Below are positions 54,927 to 64,000 of a stretch of DNA of 64,000 nt, piece after piece (the first letter of the stretch is position 1; each line of letters begins with the position of its first letter). The notes under the pieces are model-generated. The model searched no databases. It was not told where the DNA came from and was given only the letters and a program-made list of their open reading frames with translations. This DNA is from Escherichia coli. Lineage in GTDB: Bacteria; Pseudomonadota; Gammaproteobacteria; Enterobacterales; Enterobacteriaceae. The stretch lies in NCBI RefSeq assembly GCF_003018255.1, contig NZ_CP027440.1. The stretch is one strand, 5' to 3'. The position numbers were made by a program, and so were the translations under genes.

Positions 54927-55588
54927 CCTCTCATCCGCTTATATCTTCGAATCGTCTCGTAAAATTTCTGTTCCATCTCAGTACCTTTGGGATGATGATC
55001 ATTCAATCCTCGCTTCCACCACCTATGATGTAATTCTTCATGAATAATAACATCTCTTAATGCTGCACGAGACGAAAAACTATTTTTACCAAACTGAGTT
55101 CCTTCCCAAAGTTTAGCAATCCCTGTTCGCATAAACGGATTGTATTGAGGGATATATGTTAGTTTAAGATATGCAAAATCTTCTTTAAGTATGGCTGTAA
55201 TTGCCTTATTTCTGGCTCTGGCCGTAGAACCTGTAACATGACCGAGATCAGAAACATAAGTCTGTGGCCCTCTAGAAAACTCGACTGTTTTATTAATTAT
55301 ACTAGTTATAGCTAATCCCAGCGGATCAACATACCCACACGGATTAGGCACATACCGGTAAGTCTGCTCACCCCCCAGCAACCCCAGCGGATCACTCACC
55401 AGGTACATCCCTGTTTCCGGCTCGTAATACCGGAACCGGTTATAGCACAACCCGGATTCCGCATCCCGCCACTGTCCTGCATACAGCAGGCCGGGGTCGG
55501 GGTCGGCTTCCGGGTCCAGCTCCCCGCGCGGGTCCGGGTAGCCGGTGTCTGCGGGCAGACTGAGTGCCAGCCCCCACAGGCTGGTTTG
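54917..55588 (-). CDS. Rhs C-terminal module: core end (DPLGL...DPLGL) plus toxin domain with HExxH motif
   Basis: Same frame as the rhs core after TGA; QTSLWGL...LYAGQWRDAESGLCYNRFRYYEPETGMYLVSDPLGL...IIHEELHHRWW... Confidence 0.6.
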   Translation of the reverse strand, partial: QTSLWGLALSLPADTGYPDPRGELDPEADPDPGLLYAGQWRDAESGLCYNRFRYYEPETGMYLVSDPLGLLGGEQTYRYVPNPCGYVDPLGLAITSIINKTVEFSRGPQTYVSDLGHVTGSTARARNKAITAILKEDFAYLKLTYIPQYNPFMRTGIAKLWEGTQFGKNSFSSRAALRDVIIHEELHHRWWKRGLNDHHPKGTEMEQKFYETIRRYKRMRGWL

Positions 55589-58500
55589 TCACGGTCGCCA
55601 CACGGTTTTACCTTCACTGTTAAAGAGCATCAGCGGACGGCCCGTCAGGTCGCTCACCGCATGATTCGTCCGCGTCACCCACTGCGGGGCCACCGACGGA
55701 TGCGGCTGCCGTACCCGGCTGCACTGCTGGCTTATCAGCTCAAAGCCGTTAAACACCAGGTGCCGTACGCTGTACAGTTTATCATCGCGGTATTCCCGGA
55801 TTTCCGCAATATTGTCGCCGTCCCACAGGTACGTAAAACGGATTTTCTTCCGGTCGCAGCGTTTTTCCGTCCGCCTGCCGCTGGCGTCGTAGCGGTATTC
55901 CCACTGCTCACCCTGTGCGCTGCAATACCCGGTCAGCTGGTCACGGCTGTCCCACCGGAACCGCTCTGTTTCCGGGCGGTAGCCGTCACGGTGTCTGGTG
56001 CGGCTGACCATCCGGCCTGCGGCGTCATAGTCATACTGCGTGTTTCCGGCCTGTTTCAGCCGGTGGCCTCCGGCATACCGCTCAGTCTCTTCACTTATCC
56101 GGTGCCTGCCCGCAGACTGCGCCTTCAGGTAGCCGCAGCTGTCATAGCCATAAGTCTCATCGCCTTCGCCATAGCCCAGCCCGGTGCCTGAGGCTGTCAC
56201 CGCCGTGACCTGGCCGTTCCGGTCCAGCCGGTACTCCCGGCGTGTTTCCCGTCCGTAATCTTCCCGGCTGGTGACACCTGACACGTTACCCGCGCTGTCG
56301 TAACGGTACTCCCGTACCAGTGACGGAACCAGCCCGCCCCATGTGGCTTCTTCCGGAAAAAATCCGGCGCGCTGGCTGACAGGCTGGCCGGCTGCATTCC
56401 AGCCCTGCTCACAGGCAAAACCCCGGTTACTGTGCCGGAGCACTTCACGTCCTGCCTCATCACGGCTGAACGTCAGCGTCTCATCCCCCGGCAGGATAAC
56501 CTCCGTCAGTTCTCCGGCGGCGTTGTAGCGGTAGGTGGTTTTCAGCAGGGATTCATCGGGGTGTCTGTCGCGTTCATCTTCCGGTGGCAGGATACAGCGG
56601 ATGACGGTGTGTTCATCGGGGTAATGGTACTCAATGGCCCGTCGGCCCTGAGTGGTGACATTCACCCGCCCGCGTTCGTCATAGCCGGTGCGCTGTGATG
56701 TGCCGTCCGGGCTGAAGATACCCGTCAGCCTGCCGGATTTGTCATACGCATACTGCGTTTTGCCTTCCGGCGTGATGATTTCTGCCAGGCGGCCTGCGGC
56801 GTCCCGGCTGTAGAGGATGGTTTCCTCCAGGCCGTTAACCCTGGCGGTACACAGGCCATCGGCGTCATAGCGGTAACGCCAGGTCACGCCGCCCCAGTCA
56901 TGCTCTTCCGTCACCCGCCCACAGTTGTCGAGAAGATAACGGTATGACTCACCCTGCGGGTTGATGACTTCTGTCAGTTGCAGCGTGTCTTTATCATAGC
57001 GGTACTGCCAGCGGTGGCCTTCACCGTCCGTTCGCGCCACCGGCAAATCAAACGGGCCGTATTCCATTGTCCAGACAACGCCGTTACCGTCCGTGTACGC
57101 CAGCAGGTTGCCGTGGCGGTCATAGCGGAATCCTTCTGCGCCGGTTCCTGCCCGCTCAAGGCCGCTCAGTTTATGGTGCTGCTGCCACTGCAACCGCACT
57201 GACTGACCGCCGGGGCCGCGCATCTTCACCGGCAGGTCGTGACCACTGTATTCGGTGTGGTGTTCACGGCCCATCACGTCGGTGAGTGTTTCCGGCCGGT
57301 TGTGGTGGTCGTACTCTATGCCCAGACGCCGTTCATCCTGGCGGAATATCCCCGACAGCAGCCCCTGAGCGGTGTACGCCAGCCGGGTCTCTTCGCCCTG
57401 TGGCGATACCAGACTCACCGGCAGGCCGCGTTCATCGCACTGCTGTGTCCACGTCTGCCCGGCAGGGTCGGTGATGTTGCTGAGCAGGCCGCGCTCATCA
57501 TAGCGGTACAACCACACCGCGCCGTCTGCCGCCGTATAACGGCTTAACTGACCGTGTACGGCGTTGTATTCAAATTTCTCCACCCGTCCGGCAGGGGAGT
57601 GGCGGGCCAGCAGGTGATGGAATTCATCCCATTCATACGTGGTGGTGCTGCCGTCCGGCGCTTCTTCCCGCAGAATATTGCCGTCAGGATCATAGTAATA
57701 ACGGTGAATGCCCTTGCCGTCCGTCACGGTGGTGCAGCCGTCACTATAGTCCAGCGTGGCGTTGTAATAGCCGTCCGCCCCGGTGACATTCACGCACCGG
57801 CCCTGTTCATCGTAGGTGAAACGGCTCCACGTCTGGTCGTTATCGGACCAGCGGATGATCCGGTCCGCAGCGTCGTACTCATAAAACAGGTGGTAGTCCA
57901 GCCGCGCATCCGCTTCGGTCAGCCGCCCCCGCGCATCCTGTTCGTAGGTCGCCAGCGTCTGTATGCCGTTATCCGTGCGGTGAATGGCTTTCAGGTAGCC
58001 GCTGGCGTGGTACGTCAGTTTAAGCCGGATCCCGTCGGTGTGACTGACACCCGTGATGCGGTACTGGCTGTCGCGCTCAAACGTGATGCGGTTGCTGGCG
58101 GTGTCGCTCATCCCGCCCAGCATGTACATCCGGTCACCGGGGCTGTGTGCCAGGCGGTCATCATTGGTATCGTCAGTCACCGGGTGGCGCAGGCGCATTC
58201 CCGGAAAGGCGTCATAAAAGAAGCGGCTGCTCAGGGCATCACGGTCGAACAGCTCCAGGTAATCGTCGCGGCGGCGCAGGATATACTGGGCGTGATACGG
58301 GTTAACCGCCGTATCACTGTCTCCGTCGAAGGCAAAGTACAGCGTGGCTCCCTGGCTGATGATATCCACCCGGTTTCCCTGTTCACGCACCCAGGCGTAT
58401 TCGCTCCAGGAGTCGCTCCAGCCCACGCCCGTCAGGCCATGCAGTGGCAGTACAGAACTGTGGAAACGGGTGAAGGAGAGGGGGAGTGTCTGGCCCAGCG

Positions 58501-59728
58501 TAAAGTCGGTACGTTCGTCGCAGTATGCGCCGGTTACCGGATCGACAGGATCTGTTACCCATCTGATGACTTTATTGGCAATACTTTTTAACGACTTACC
58601 TGTTTTCCCCAGCAACGCGCCGAGCTTTGCCCCCAGCAGCTTCCCGCTTTTCCCCAGCAGGTTTCCCAGTTTGCCGAGTTTCGCCAGATTCCCCAGTTTT
58701 CCCAGCAGTCCCGCGGGCGGCAGAAGATAGCTGGCTATCGTTATTCCCCCCAGGATCATTCTCTGCCACGGCGGGAACTCCGGCTGGATATCCAGATAGG
58801 TCACCTGTTCACCGCCAATAAAGACGTCCGGCGAACCTTCCACGATTGCCGCGCTGCACTCCAGTTTGTCGCCCTTGCGCGCGGCAGGCTGATTGTTGAT
58901 AAAGACGTTGCTGCTGCCCTGGGCTATCCTCGGTGGTTTGTTCTCCTTGTCGCAGAGCGCCGTGTCCTCACCGGCTTCCGGGAAATCCACGTCTTTTTTG
59001 ATTTCGCCACGCCCGCCCACCATGGTGGCAAACTCCATTAATACCGGACCGGCGGGAAACAGAAGCGATGCGCCGGCGCTGACGCGATCCATAATACCGG
59101 CATTGCTGTCCGTCAGGGTGATAACAGCGTTCCCCCAGGCCTTCGCCAGTGGCACTGCTTTTTCCGCTGCCGATTCAAGCAGGTCAGTGGCAATATCCCC
59201 CCATGAAGGTTCCCCCTGTGGTGGAGAGGGTATTGCTTCAGTCAGGGGAGGAGGGGGAAGGGTGACGGCGGCCCTGGCTGCTGGCTTACCGTTAATTTTT
59301 ACGTTTTCAGAACCGGTATTGATGGCGCCGTCCGTGTCACAAAAACTGTTTATCCATGACTCAAGCTGGTTCTGTTTCTCCTCCACATAATCACTCGCCT
59401 TATAGCTGGCATACATCAGCGCAGGCACCAGAACCAGCGCATAAGGGCCGGTGGCGCAGGCGGCCATAATCAGGCAACCTTCTGCGATAGTTACTATCGC
59501 CCCCAGCACGGCCCCTGCCAGTGCCCCCAGAAAACTTTTATGCTGAATTTCATCGCCCAGCCTGGCGGCAGGTGGGCCGGACTTCTTTGCTGCCAGCATC
59601 TGTGCAATGGCTTTGTCGTTGGCTGCCCGTTTCATCTGGCTGGCGACCATCGCCTGCTGTGACAGCATTCGCATTGCCAGCGTACCGCCTGCGGTCGCTC
59701 CCTGTGGGCCGCCTGGTCCTTCACTCAT
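55589..59728 (-). CDS. rhs: T6SS Rhs effector: prePAAR motif, transmembrane region, PAAR domain and YD-repeat core
   Basis: 1379 aa; N-terminal AARLGDEIQH (prePAAR AARxxDxxxH), hydrophobic helices, PAAR-like segment, then YD repeats; terminates at TGA just before the DPxGL region. Confidence 0.85.
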   Translation of the reverse strand: MSEGPGGPQGATAGGTLAMRMLSQQAMVASQMKRAANDKAIAQMLAAKKSGPPAARLGDEIQHKSFLGALAGAVLGAIVTIAEGCLIMAACATGPYALVLVPALMYASYKASDYVEEKQNQLESWINSFCDTDGAINTGSENVKINGKPAARAAVTLPPPPLTEAIPSPPQGEPSWGDIATDLLESAAEKAVPLAKAWGNAVITLTDSNAGIMDRVSAGASLLFPAGPVLMEFATMVGGRGEIKKDVDFPEAGEDTALCDKENKPPRIAQGSSNVFINNQPAARKGDKLECSAAIVEGSPDVFIGGEQVTYLDIQPEFPPWQRMILGGITIASYLLPPAGLLGKLGNLAKLGKLGNLLGKSGKLLGAKLGALLGKTGKSLKSIANKVIRWVTDPVDPVTGAYCDERTDFTLGQTLPLSFTRFHSSVLPLHGLTGVGWSDSWSEYAWVREQGNRVDIISQGATLYFAFDGDSDTAVNPYHAQYILRRRDDYLELFDRDALSSRFFYDAFPGMRLRHPVTDDTNDDRLAHSPGDRMYMLGGMSDTASNRITFERDSQYRITGVSHTDGIRLKLTYHASGYLKAIHRTDNGIQTLATYEQDARGRLTEADARLDYHLFYEYDAADRIIRWSDNDQTWSRFTYDEQGRCVNVTGADGYYNATLDYSDGCTTVTDGKGIHRYYYDPDGNILREEAPDGSTTTYEWDEFHHLLARHSPAGRVEKFEYNAVHGQLSRYTAADGAVWLYRYDERGLLSNITDPAGQTWTQQCDERGLPVSLVSPQGEETRLAYTAQGLLSGIFRQDERRLGIEYDHHNRPETLTDVMGREHHTEYSGHDLPVKMRGPGGQSVRLQWQQHHKLSGLERAGTGAEGFRYDRHGNLLAYTDGNGVVWTMEYGPFDLPVARTDGEGHRWQYRYDKDTLQLTEVINPQGESYRYLLDNCGRVTEEHDWGGVTWRYRYDADGLCTARVNGLEETILYSRDAAGRLAEIITPEGKTQYAYDKSGRLTGIFSPDGTSQRTGYDERGRVNVTTQGRRAIEYHYPDEHTVIRCILPPEDERDRHPDESLLKTTYRYNAAGELTEVILPGDETLTFSRDEAGREVLRHSNRGFACEQGWNAAGQPVSQRAGFFPEEATWGGLVPSLVREYRYDSAGNVSGVTSREDYGRETRREYRLDRNGQVTAVTASGTGLGYGEGDETYGYDSCGYLKAQSAGRHRISEETERYAGGHRLKQAGNTQYDYDAAGRMVSRTRHRDGYRPETERFRWDSRDQLTGYCSAQGEQWEYRYDASGRRTEKRCDRKKIRFTYLWDGDNIAEIREYRDDKLYSVRHLVFNGFELISQQCSRVRQPHPSVAPQWVTRTNHAVSDLTGRPLMLFNSEGKTVWRP

Positions 59729-59747
59729 GTGTTATCCCTCGTTTATG

Positions 59748-60209
59748 TCAGCGCGGCTGGTCCTTTTGGATGTCATTCTCCGGTGGCAACGGGGTGAAGC
59801 TCTTTATCACCTCCAGCAGCATCGTCTTTTGACTGTTCTTCAGGGATAAGGAGGTGCTGAAAGTGAAGGTCAGCAGCGTATCTCCACGCCGCTGGAATAC
59901 GGCTATCTGGTCAATCCGTCCCTGGTTCCCCTCATCTTCCGGACCGTTCCAGGAATAATCCAGCAGCCAGGCCGGGGCCTCTGCCAGAGTGATTTCCCGG
60001 CAGGCATGTTCGGTGTACCCATCAAGTTTGCCCTGGTACAGCGCCAGCGTTTCCTGGTACAGCTCTGGTGTCAGGGTTCCCTGTGGAACGGCTTCGCGGG
60101 TAATGACCAGGTTGATGCCACTGTTATCTGTGGACACCAGGACCTGCATTGACTGATCCTGCCATTGCGATGGCAGCTGAATATGACCTTCATTAAAAGT
60201 GAACTGCAT
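59748..60209 (-). CDS. Eag-type (DUF1795) chaperone for the prePAAR effector
   Basis: 153-aa ORF between vgrG and rhs; family assigned by context and size. Confidence 0.65.
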   Translation of the reverse strand: MQFTFNEGHIQLPSQWQDQSMQVLVSTDNSGINLVITREAVPQGTLTPELYQETLALYQGKLDGYTEHACREITLAEAPAWLLDYSWNGPEDEGNQGRIDQIAVFQRRGDTLLTFTFSTSLSLKNSQKTMLLEVIKSFTPLPPENDIQKDQPR

Positions 60210-60236
60210 AAAATACTCCCTGATAATCTGAATGAA

Positions 60237-62138
60237 TCAGTTGATGAAAACAGAACCGCCCACGATGGTGATGCCATCCTTCGACAGCCTGATTACCGTC
60301 GATTCCCCGACCTGTAGCTGAATGCCATCCGGCGTCAGCGCAATTTTGCTTTCCTCCACGGCCAGCATAATTTGCTTAATTGCCGTATAAGCCTGTATAC
60401 CGTCGCCTTCGCCACCATTGTTTACAGCGTCAACATGCACTGAACCGGCAATCGTGCCTCTGTCCTGAAAAACATCCTCAGATAAAGACCCTTTTAGTAC
60501 GCCTGTGATTTTGTGGCCTTTTTCCACCGTAAGAAGGCGGTTACCTTCCTGGATCATGACCGTCTGGTCATTTTTTACGGTTTCGCGGTGATCGTGTTTT
60601 ACGGTGGTGGTACGGTCGTTGAGTACCTCGGTATCCATGTTCTTCTGGGCGTGGATGTAGACCTGTTCTTTCCCTGTCGCATCGTCAAACTTCAGCTCGT
60701 TAAACCCGCTGCCCATATATGTTTTGGAGCGGATGGTCATCTGCGTCTTCGTTCCCGGCAGGCTGCCCGGCGAGCGGTTATCTTCGTGGTAGGTGCGCCC
60801 CATAATGATCGGCTGGTCCGGATCGCCGTTGAGGAAGTCCACAATCACCTCCTGACCCACGCGCGGTATCGCCAGGTTGCCAAATCCCGGCCCCGCCCAC
60901 GCCTGCGCCACCCGTATCCAGCACGAACTGTCCTGATTGGCCGGGTTATAGCGGTCCCAGTTGAATTTCACCCGCACCCGGCCATGCTCGTCGCAGAAGA
61001 TTTCCTCTCCCGCAGGCCCCGTCACGACGGCGCTCTGCGGACCGTCCACTGACGGCTTTGGCTTCGGCTGAGGTCGCCACGTCCGGTCTGCCGGTATTAC
61101 CGCAAAGTGGTTATTCAGCGTGGTACCTGACCCCCTGCGTCCCGGCACCGCCTGCGGCTGTTCGCCGTGCAGTTCGCTCGCCACCACCTGCCATTCCCGG
61201 TTCAGGTTCGCCTGCGGATGCTCCGTCAGCACAATTCGCCGTCCAGGCCATATCTCCGGCGAGCGGCTCATTCCCCGCGCGGTTTCGGCGTTGTTTCGCC
61301 AGCCGTCCATCTGCCAGCGGGCAAAGTTCTGCCCGTGGGCGCTCTTGAAACGCCCGGGCCAGTCATACACTTCATACTGTGTGCGCTGGTAATCCTGATG
61401 CTGGCCTTCCTGGTCAAAACGTCCGGCCCAGCCGGGGCGTTTAAAGGTGTAGTCTTTGGTCACCACAGAGGAAGGACGGATTTGTGCGCTGTAGCGGAAC
61501 TGGCTGATGCAGAGGGTGCTCACCTCGGTACGGGTGTTCGGGTTCCAGGGGATTTCAAAGGATTCCGGCAGATAGCGGACCGTGTCGCACAGCACCAGAC
61601 TCTGGTCGGTACTTTTCTGCGCGTGCTCCTCATAGAAGAAGATGCCTTCCTCCGCTGCTATCCGGCAGAGAAAGTCGTAATCGGTTTCACCGTACTGGAC
61701 ACAAAACTCACGGGAAGGATGCGGCTCACTGAACAGCGGGCTCCACTCCGTGACGTCATTTTCCTGCAGTATGGTGCCGAGGATGCTTCTGATGTCCTCG
61801 TTCTGGAATATACGGAAGTTCTGACGCAGTCCTGCCCGCCACAGCGGCGGGCGCACCTTCATGCTGTACAGCATCTGGTTTTTGTCGTTCTCCCCGAGTT
61901 CAAACCAGGTCACCACGCCTTTCACCCGGCGCTGTACGTCATCGCCCTGCCATACCGTCAGGTAGGCCATTTTGTCCAGCACCTGCGCAAATTCAAGGGA
62001 GAGAAACTGCTGACTGACCAGAGAAAGGTCAAGGGAAAAAAGTGAAGAGAGTGACTGGGTGAGATGAAAGGAGACCACCGCAAAAGCGTCCGGTGGCAGG
62101 CCGTCCACTTCCAGTGTGAAACGTAATCCGGTTGACAT
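60237..62138 (-). CDS. vgrG: T6SS spike protein VgrG
   Basis: 633 aa, MSTGLRFTLEVDGLPPDAFAVVSFHLTQSLSSLFSLDLSLVS...; gp27/gp5-like VgrG N-terminus. Confidence 0.85.
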   Translation of the reverse strand: MSTGLRFTLEVDGLPPDAFAVVSFHLTQSLSSLFSLDLSLVSQQFLSLEFAQVLDKMAYLTVWQGDDVQRRVKGVVTWFELGENDKNQMLYSMKVRPPLWRAGLRQNFRIFQNEDIRSILGTILQENDVTEWSPLFSEPHPSREFCVQYGETDYDFLCRIAAEEGIFFYEEHAQKSTDQSLVLCDTVRYLPESFEIPWNPNTRTEVSTLCISQFRYSAQIRPSSVVTKDYTFKRPGWAGRFDQEGQHQDYQRTQYEVYDWPGRFKSAHGQNFARWQMDGWRNNAETARGMSRSPEIWPGRRIVLTEHPQANLNREWQVVASELHGEQPQAVPGRRGSGTTLNNHFAVIPADRTWRPQPKPKPSVDGPQSAVVTGPAGEEIFCDEHGRVRVKFNWDRYNPANQDSSCWIRVAQAWAGPGFGNLAIPRVGQEVIVDFLNGDPDQPIIMGRTYHEDNRSPGSLPGTKTQMTIRSKTYMGSGFNELKFDDATGKEQVYIHAQKNMDTEVLNDRTTTVKHDHRETVKNDQTVMIQEGNRLLTVEKGHKITGVLKGSLSEDVFQDRGTIAGSVHVDAVNNGGEGDGIQAYTAIKQIMLAVEESKIALTPDGIQLQVGESTVIRLSKDGITIVGGSVFIN

Positions 62139-62881
62139 AGCAACCTCCGTGAAAATGAATAATAATCCGCATATATTGCATGTACAACATGTCGGGTAAT
62201 GAGATAAGCGGGCCGGCTTCAGGCGTTACCGGGGAATATCAGAAAAGTGTCATGGTTATGTGATGATTTTGTCCGGGATTTTACTTCAGAGAAACGGGGG
62301 GCTGTTGACTCAACAAAATAATCACAAACTCAACTGACGGGTTCACGATGTTATTAAGGACAGGCTCGTATATTACATCGAGTAACAAAAAAACACCTGA
62401 TATGCAAAGTCAAACCAATATTTGTAATGTCTTTTTATTCACAATAATAAATAACTCAATAAACATTATTGAAATGAATGATGGTTTGTATAAGGAATAT
62501 ACGCTACCGCCCCACCCTGATAACATGATCTGCACATTGCTATCTTAACGTCGTTAGACGCTGGCTTAATAGTGAATATTTTAAATTAGGAATTTATCAA
62601 GTTCACTTGATAAATAGACCGCGTGAATAATATAGAGATTAATGATGCCTGACTGCGCTTTATATTATAGCCGATTCTTTTATAGTGATGAAAATTTAGT
62701 AATAGCATTGTGCTCTACAATTGGTAGAAACACGAATTTAATTAAATTGCATATCTAAATATCTCGTAAATATCCGAAAATGAATAACCTTCGATTTCAG
62801 ACGACCAATAAGGTCTTCCCTGTTTTATTGATAAATAATAACAGAAGGCGATACATCACTCTTTGAGTTTGAACTAACTAA

Positions 62882-64000
62882 TTAACCTTTCTCCGGTAGT
62901 TTGATCATAAACCTTGTCCCCCGAGCATCTGACGTTACTGCAACCGTGCCTTTATGCGCGACAACAATCGATTTCACTATCGCCAGGCCAATACCGCTAC
63001 CTTCGCCTTTTCGCTGACGGGAGGGGTCAACGCGATAGAAACGGTCAAACAATCGCGGTAAGTGCTCGGGCGCAATGGGCGTACCGGGGTTTTCGACGGT
63101 AACTTGCACCAGGTGATCGACCGTCTGGCAGCGCACGACAATTGTCTCTCCGGTTGGCGTATAACGCAGGGCATTAGAAAGCAGGTTGCTTAACGCCCGA
63201 CGCAGCATCAGCGGATCGCCCGCAACCTGACACTCGTCGCCAACAAACCGCAGCTCCACGCCGCGATCTTCTGCTAACGCCTCGAAAAAATCGAACACTT
63301 TGCCGACTTCATCCGCCAGGTTGAGCATTTTCTTTTCGGGGATTAGCTGGTTGTTATCGGCCTGAGCGAGAAACAGCATATCGCTGACCATTTTCGCCAT
63401 TCGCGTCAGCTCTTCGAGATTAGAGTAGTGCACATCTTCCAGCTCCTTCTGGCTGCGCGACTGGCTGAGGGCGATTTCCGTTTGCGTAATGAGATTAGTA
63501 ATAGGTGTGCGAATTTCGTGGGCGATATCCGCTGAGAAATTGGACTGGCGGGTAAAGACATCCTCAATACGCTCGATCATATGGTTGAACGACAGTACCA
63601 GCTGTTCCAGCTCAATGGGCACGGTCTGCGGGTCAAGGCGAACGTCGAGATCTTTCGAGGTAATGTTCTGGATTTGACGGCTGACGCTGCGGATCGGCGC
63701 GTGACCTTTATGTACCGCCAACAGCACGATAAAGACGATCAGGATGCTGATTACCGATGCGGTCATAATAAGTTTATTCATCAAATCATTTATGTAATGA
63801 AGATGAAAATCGATCGAAAGCGCAATGTAGAGCGTATAAATCGGTTTGCCGTCCACCAGTGGGCCAACCGGCAAGCTAATCATCCGCCAGTTGCTGTGTT
63901 CCATATGCCCGTGACCGTGGCCCGGCATCATCATCGTCGGGCCGGAAAGGAGATACACCTCGCCGCCCTGCGCGTCTTTATCGGGTATGGCGTCACGCGT
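62882..64000 (-). CDS. cusS: Copper/silver sensor histidine kinase CusS, C-terminal part (N-terminus beyond window end)
   Basis: H-box HEIRTPITNL and ATPase G-boxes (GSGIGLAIVKSIV); the ORF runs off the right edge. Confidence 0.8.
   Translation of the reverse strand, partial: TRDAIPDKDAQGGEVYLLSGPTMMMPGHGHGHMEHSNWRMISLPVGPLVDGKPIYTLYIALSIDFHLHYINDLMNKLIMTASVISILIVFIVLLAVHKGHAPIRSVSRQIQNITSKDLDVRLDPQTVPIELEQLVLSFNHMIERIEDVFTRQSNFSADIAHEIRTPITNLITQTEIALSQSRSQKELEDVHYSNLEELTRMAKMVSDMLFLAQADNNQLIPEKKMLNLADEVGKVFDFFEALAEDRGVELRFVGDECQVAGDPLMLRRALSNLLSNALRYTPTGETIVVRCQTVDHLVQVTVENPGTPIAPEHLPRLFDRFYRVDPSRQRKGEGSGIGLAIVKSIVVAHKGTVAVTSDARGTRFMIKLPEKG

Noticed and set aside
57554-58591. 345-aa plus-strand ORF (and several 60-200 aa plus-strand ORFs between 52900 and 59850)
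   Set aside because: Antisense to the rhs core and its orphan copy; Pro/Ala/Arg/Val-rich composition typical of GC-rich antisense frames

Overview
This window reads as an Escherichia coli-type chromosome segment: the allantoin/glyoxylate cluster, then fdrA-ylbEF-ybcF, purEK, lpxH, ppiB, cysS, folD, tRNA-Arg(UCU), ompT, ybcH-nfrA-nfrB and the start of cusS. Three accessory insertions interrupt this backbone. (1) A ~14 kb integrative element (12454-26439) with 26-bp direct repeats sits between allC and allE. It carries an integrase, AlpA, a P4-type primase with an iteron origin, SSB and a PerC-like regulator, plus a complete head/packaging module (major capsid, prohead protease, portal, two connectors, HNH, TerS, TerL) but no tail, lysis or cI-type genes. 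I read it as a capsid-forming phage satellite (cf-PICI-like) and it is my best candidate for the system of interest, especially its uncharacterised early-region cargo. (2) A ~3.4 kb decayed prophage remnant at tRNA-Arg (integrase and tail-fibre-assembly pseudogenes, a methyltransferase, ompT), bounded by a 44-bp repeat of the tRNA 3' end. (3) A ~12 kb type VI secretion effector island between nfrB and cusS: vgrG, Eag chaperone, a prePAAR/PAAR Rhs protein, two toxin/immunity pairs, an orphan rhs fragment and an ISAs1 (H-repeat) transposase. Both rhs copies have an in-frame TGA between the core and the DPxGL-toxin tip. All gene names are assigned from recalled protein families; no database search was run.
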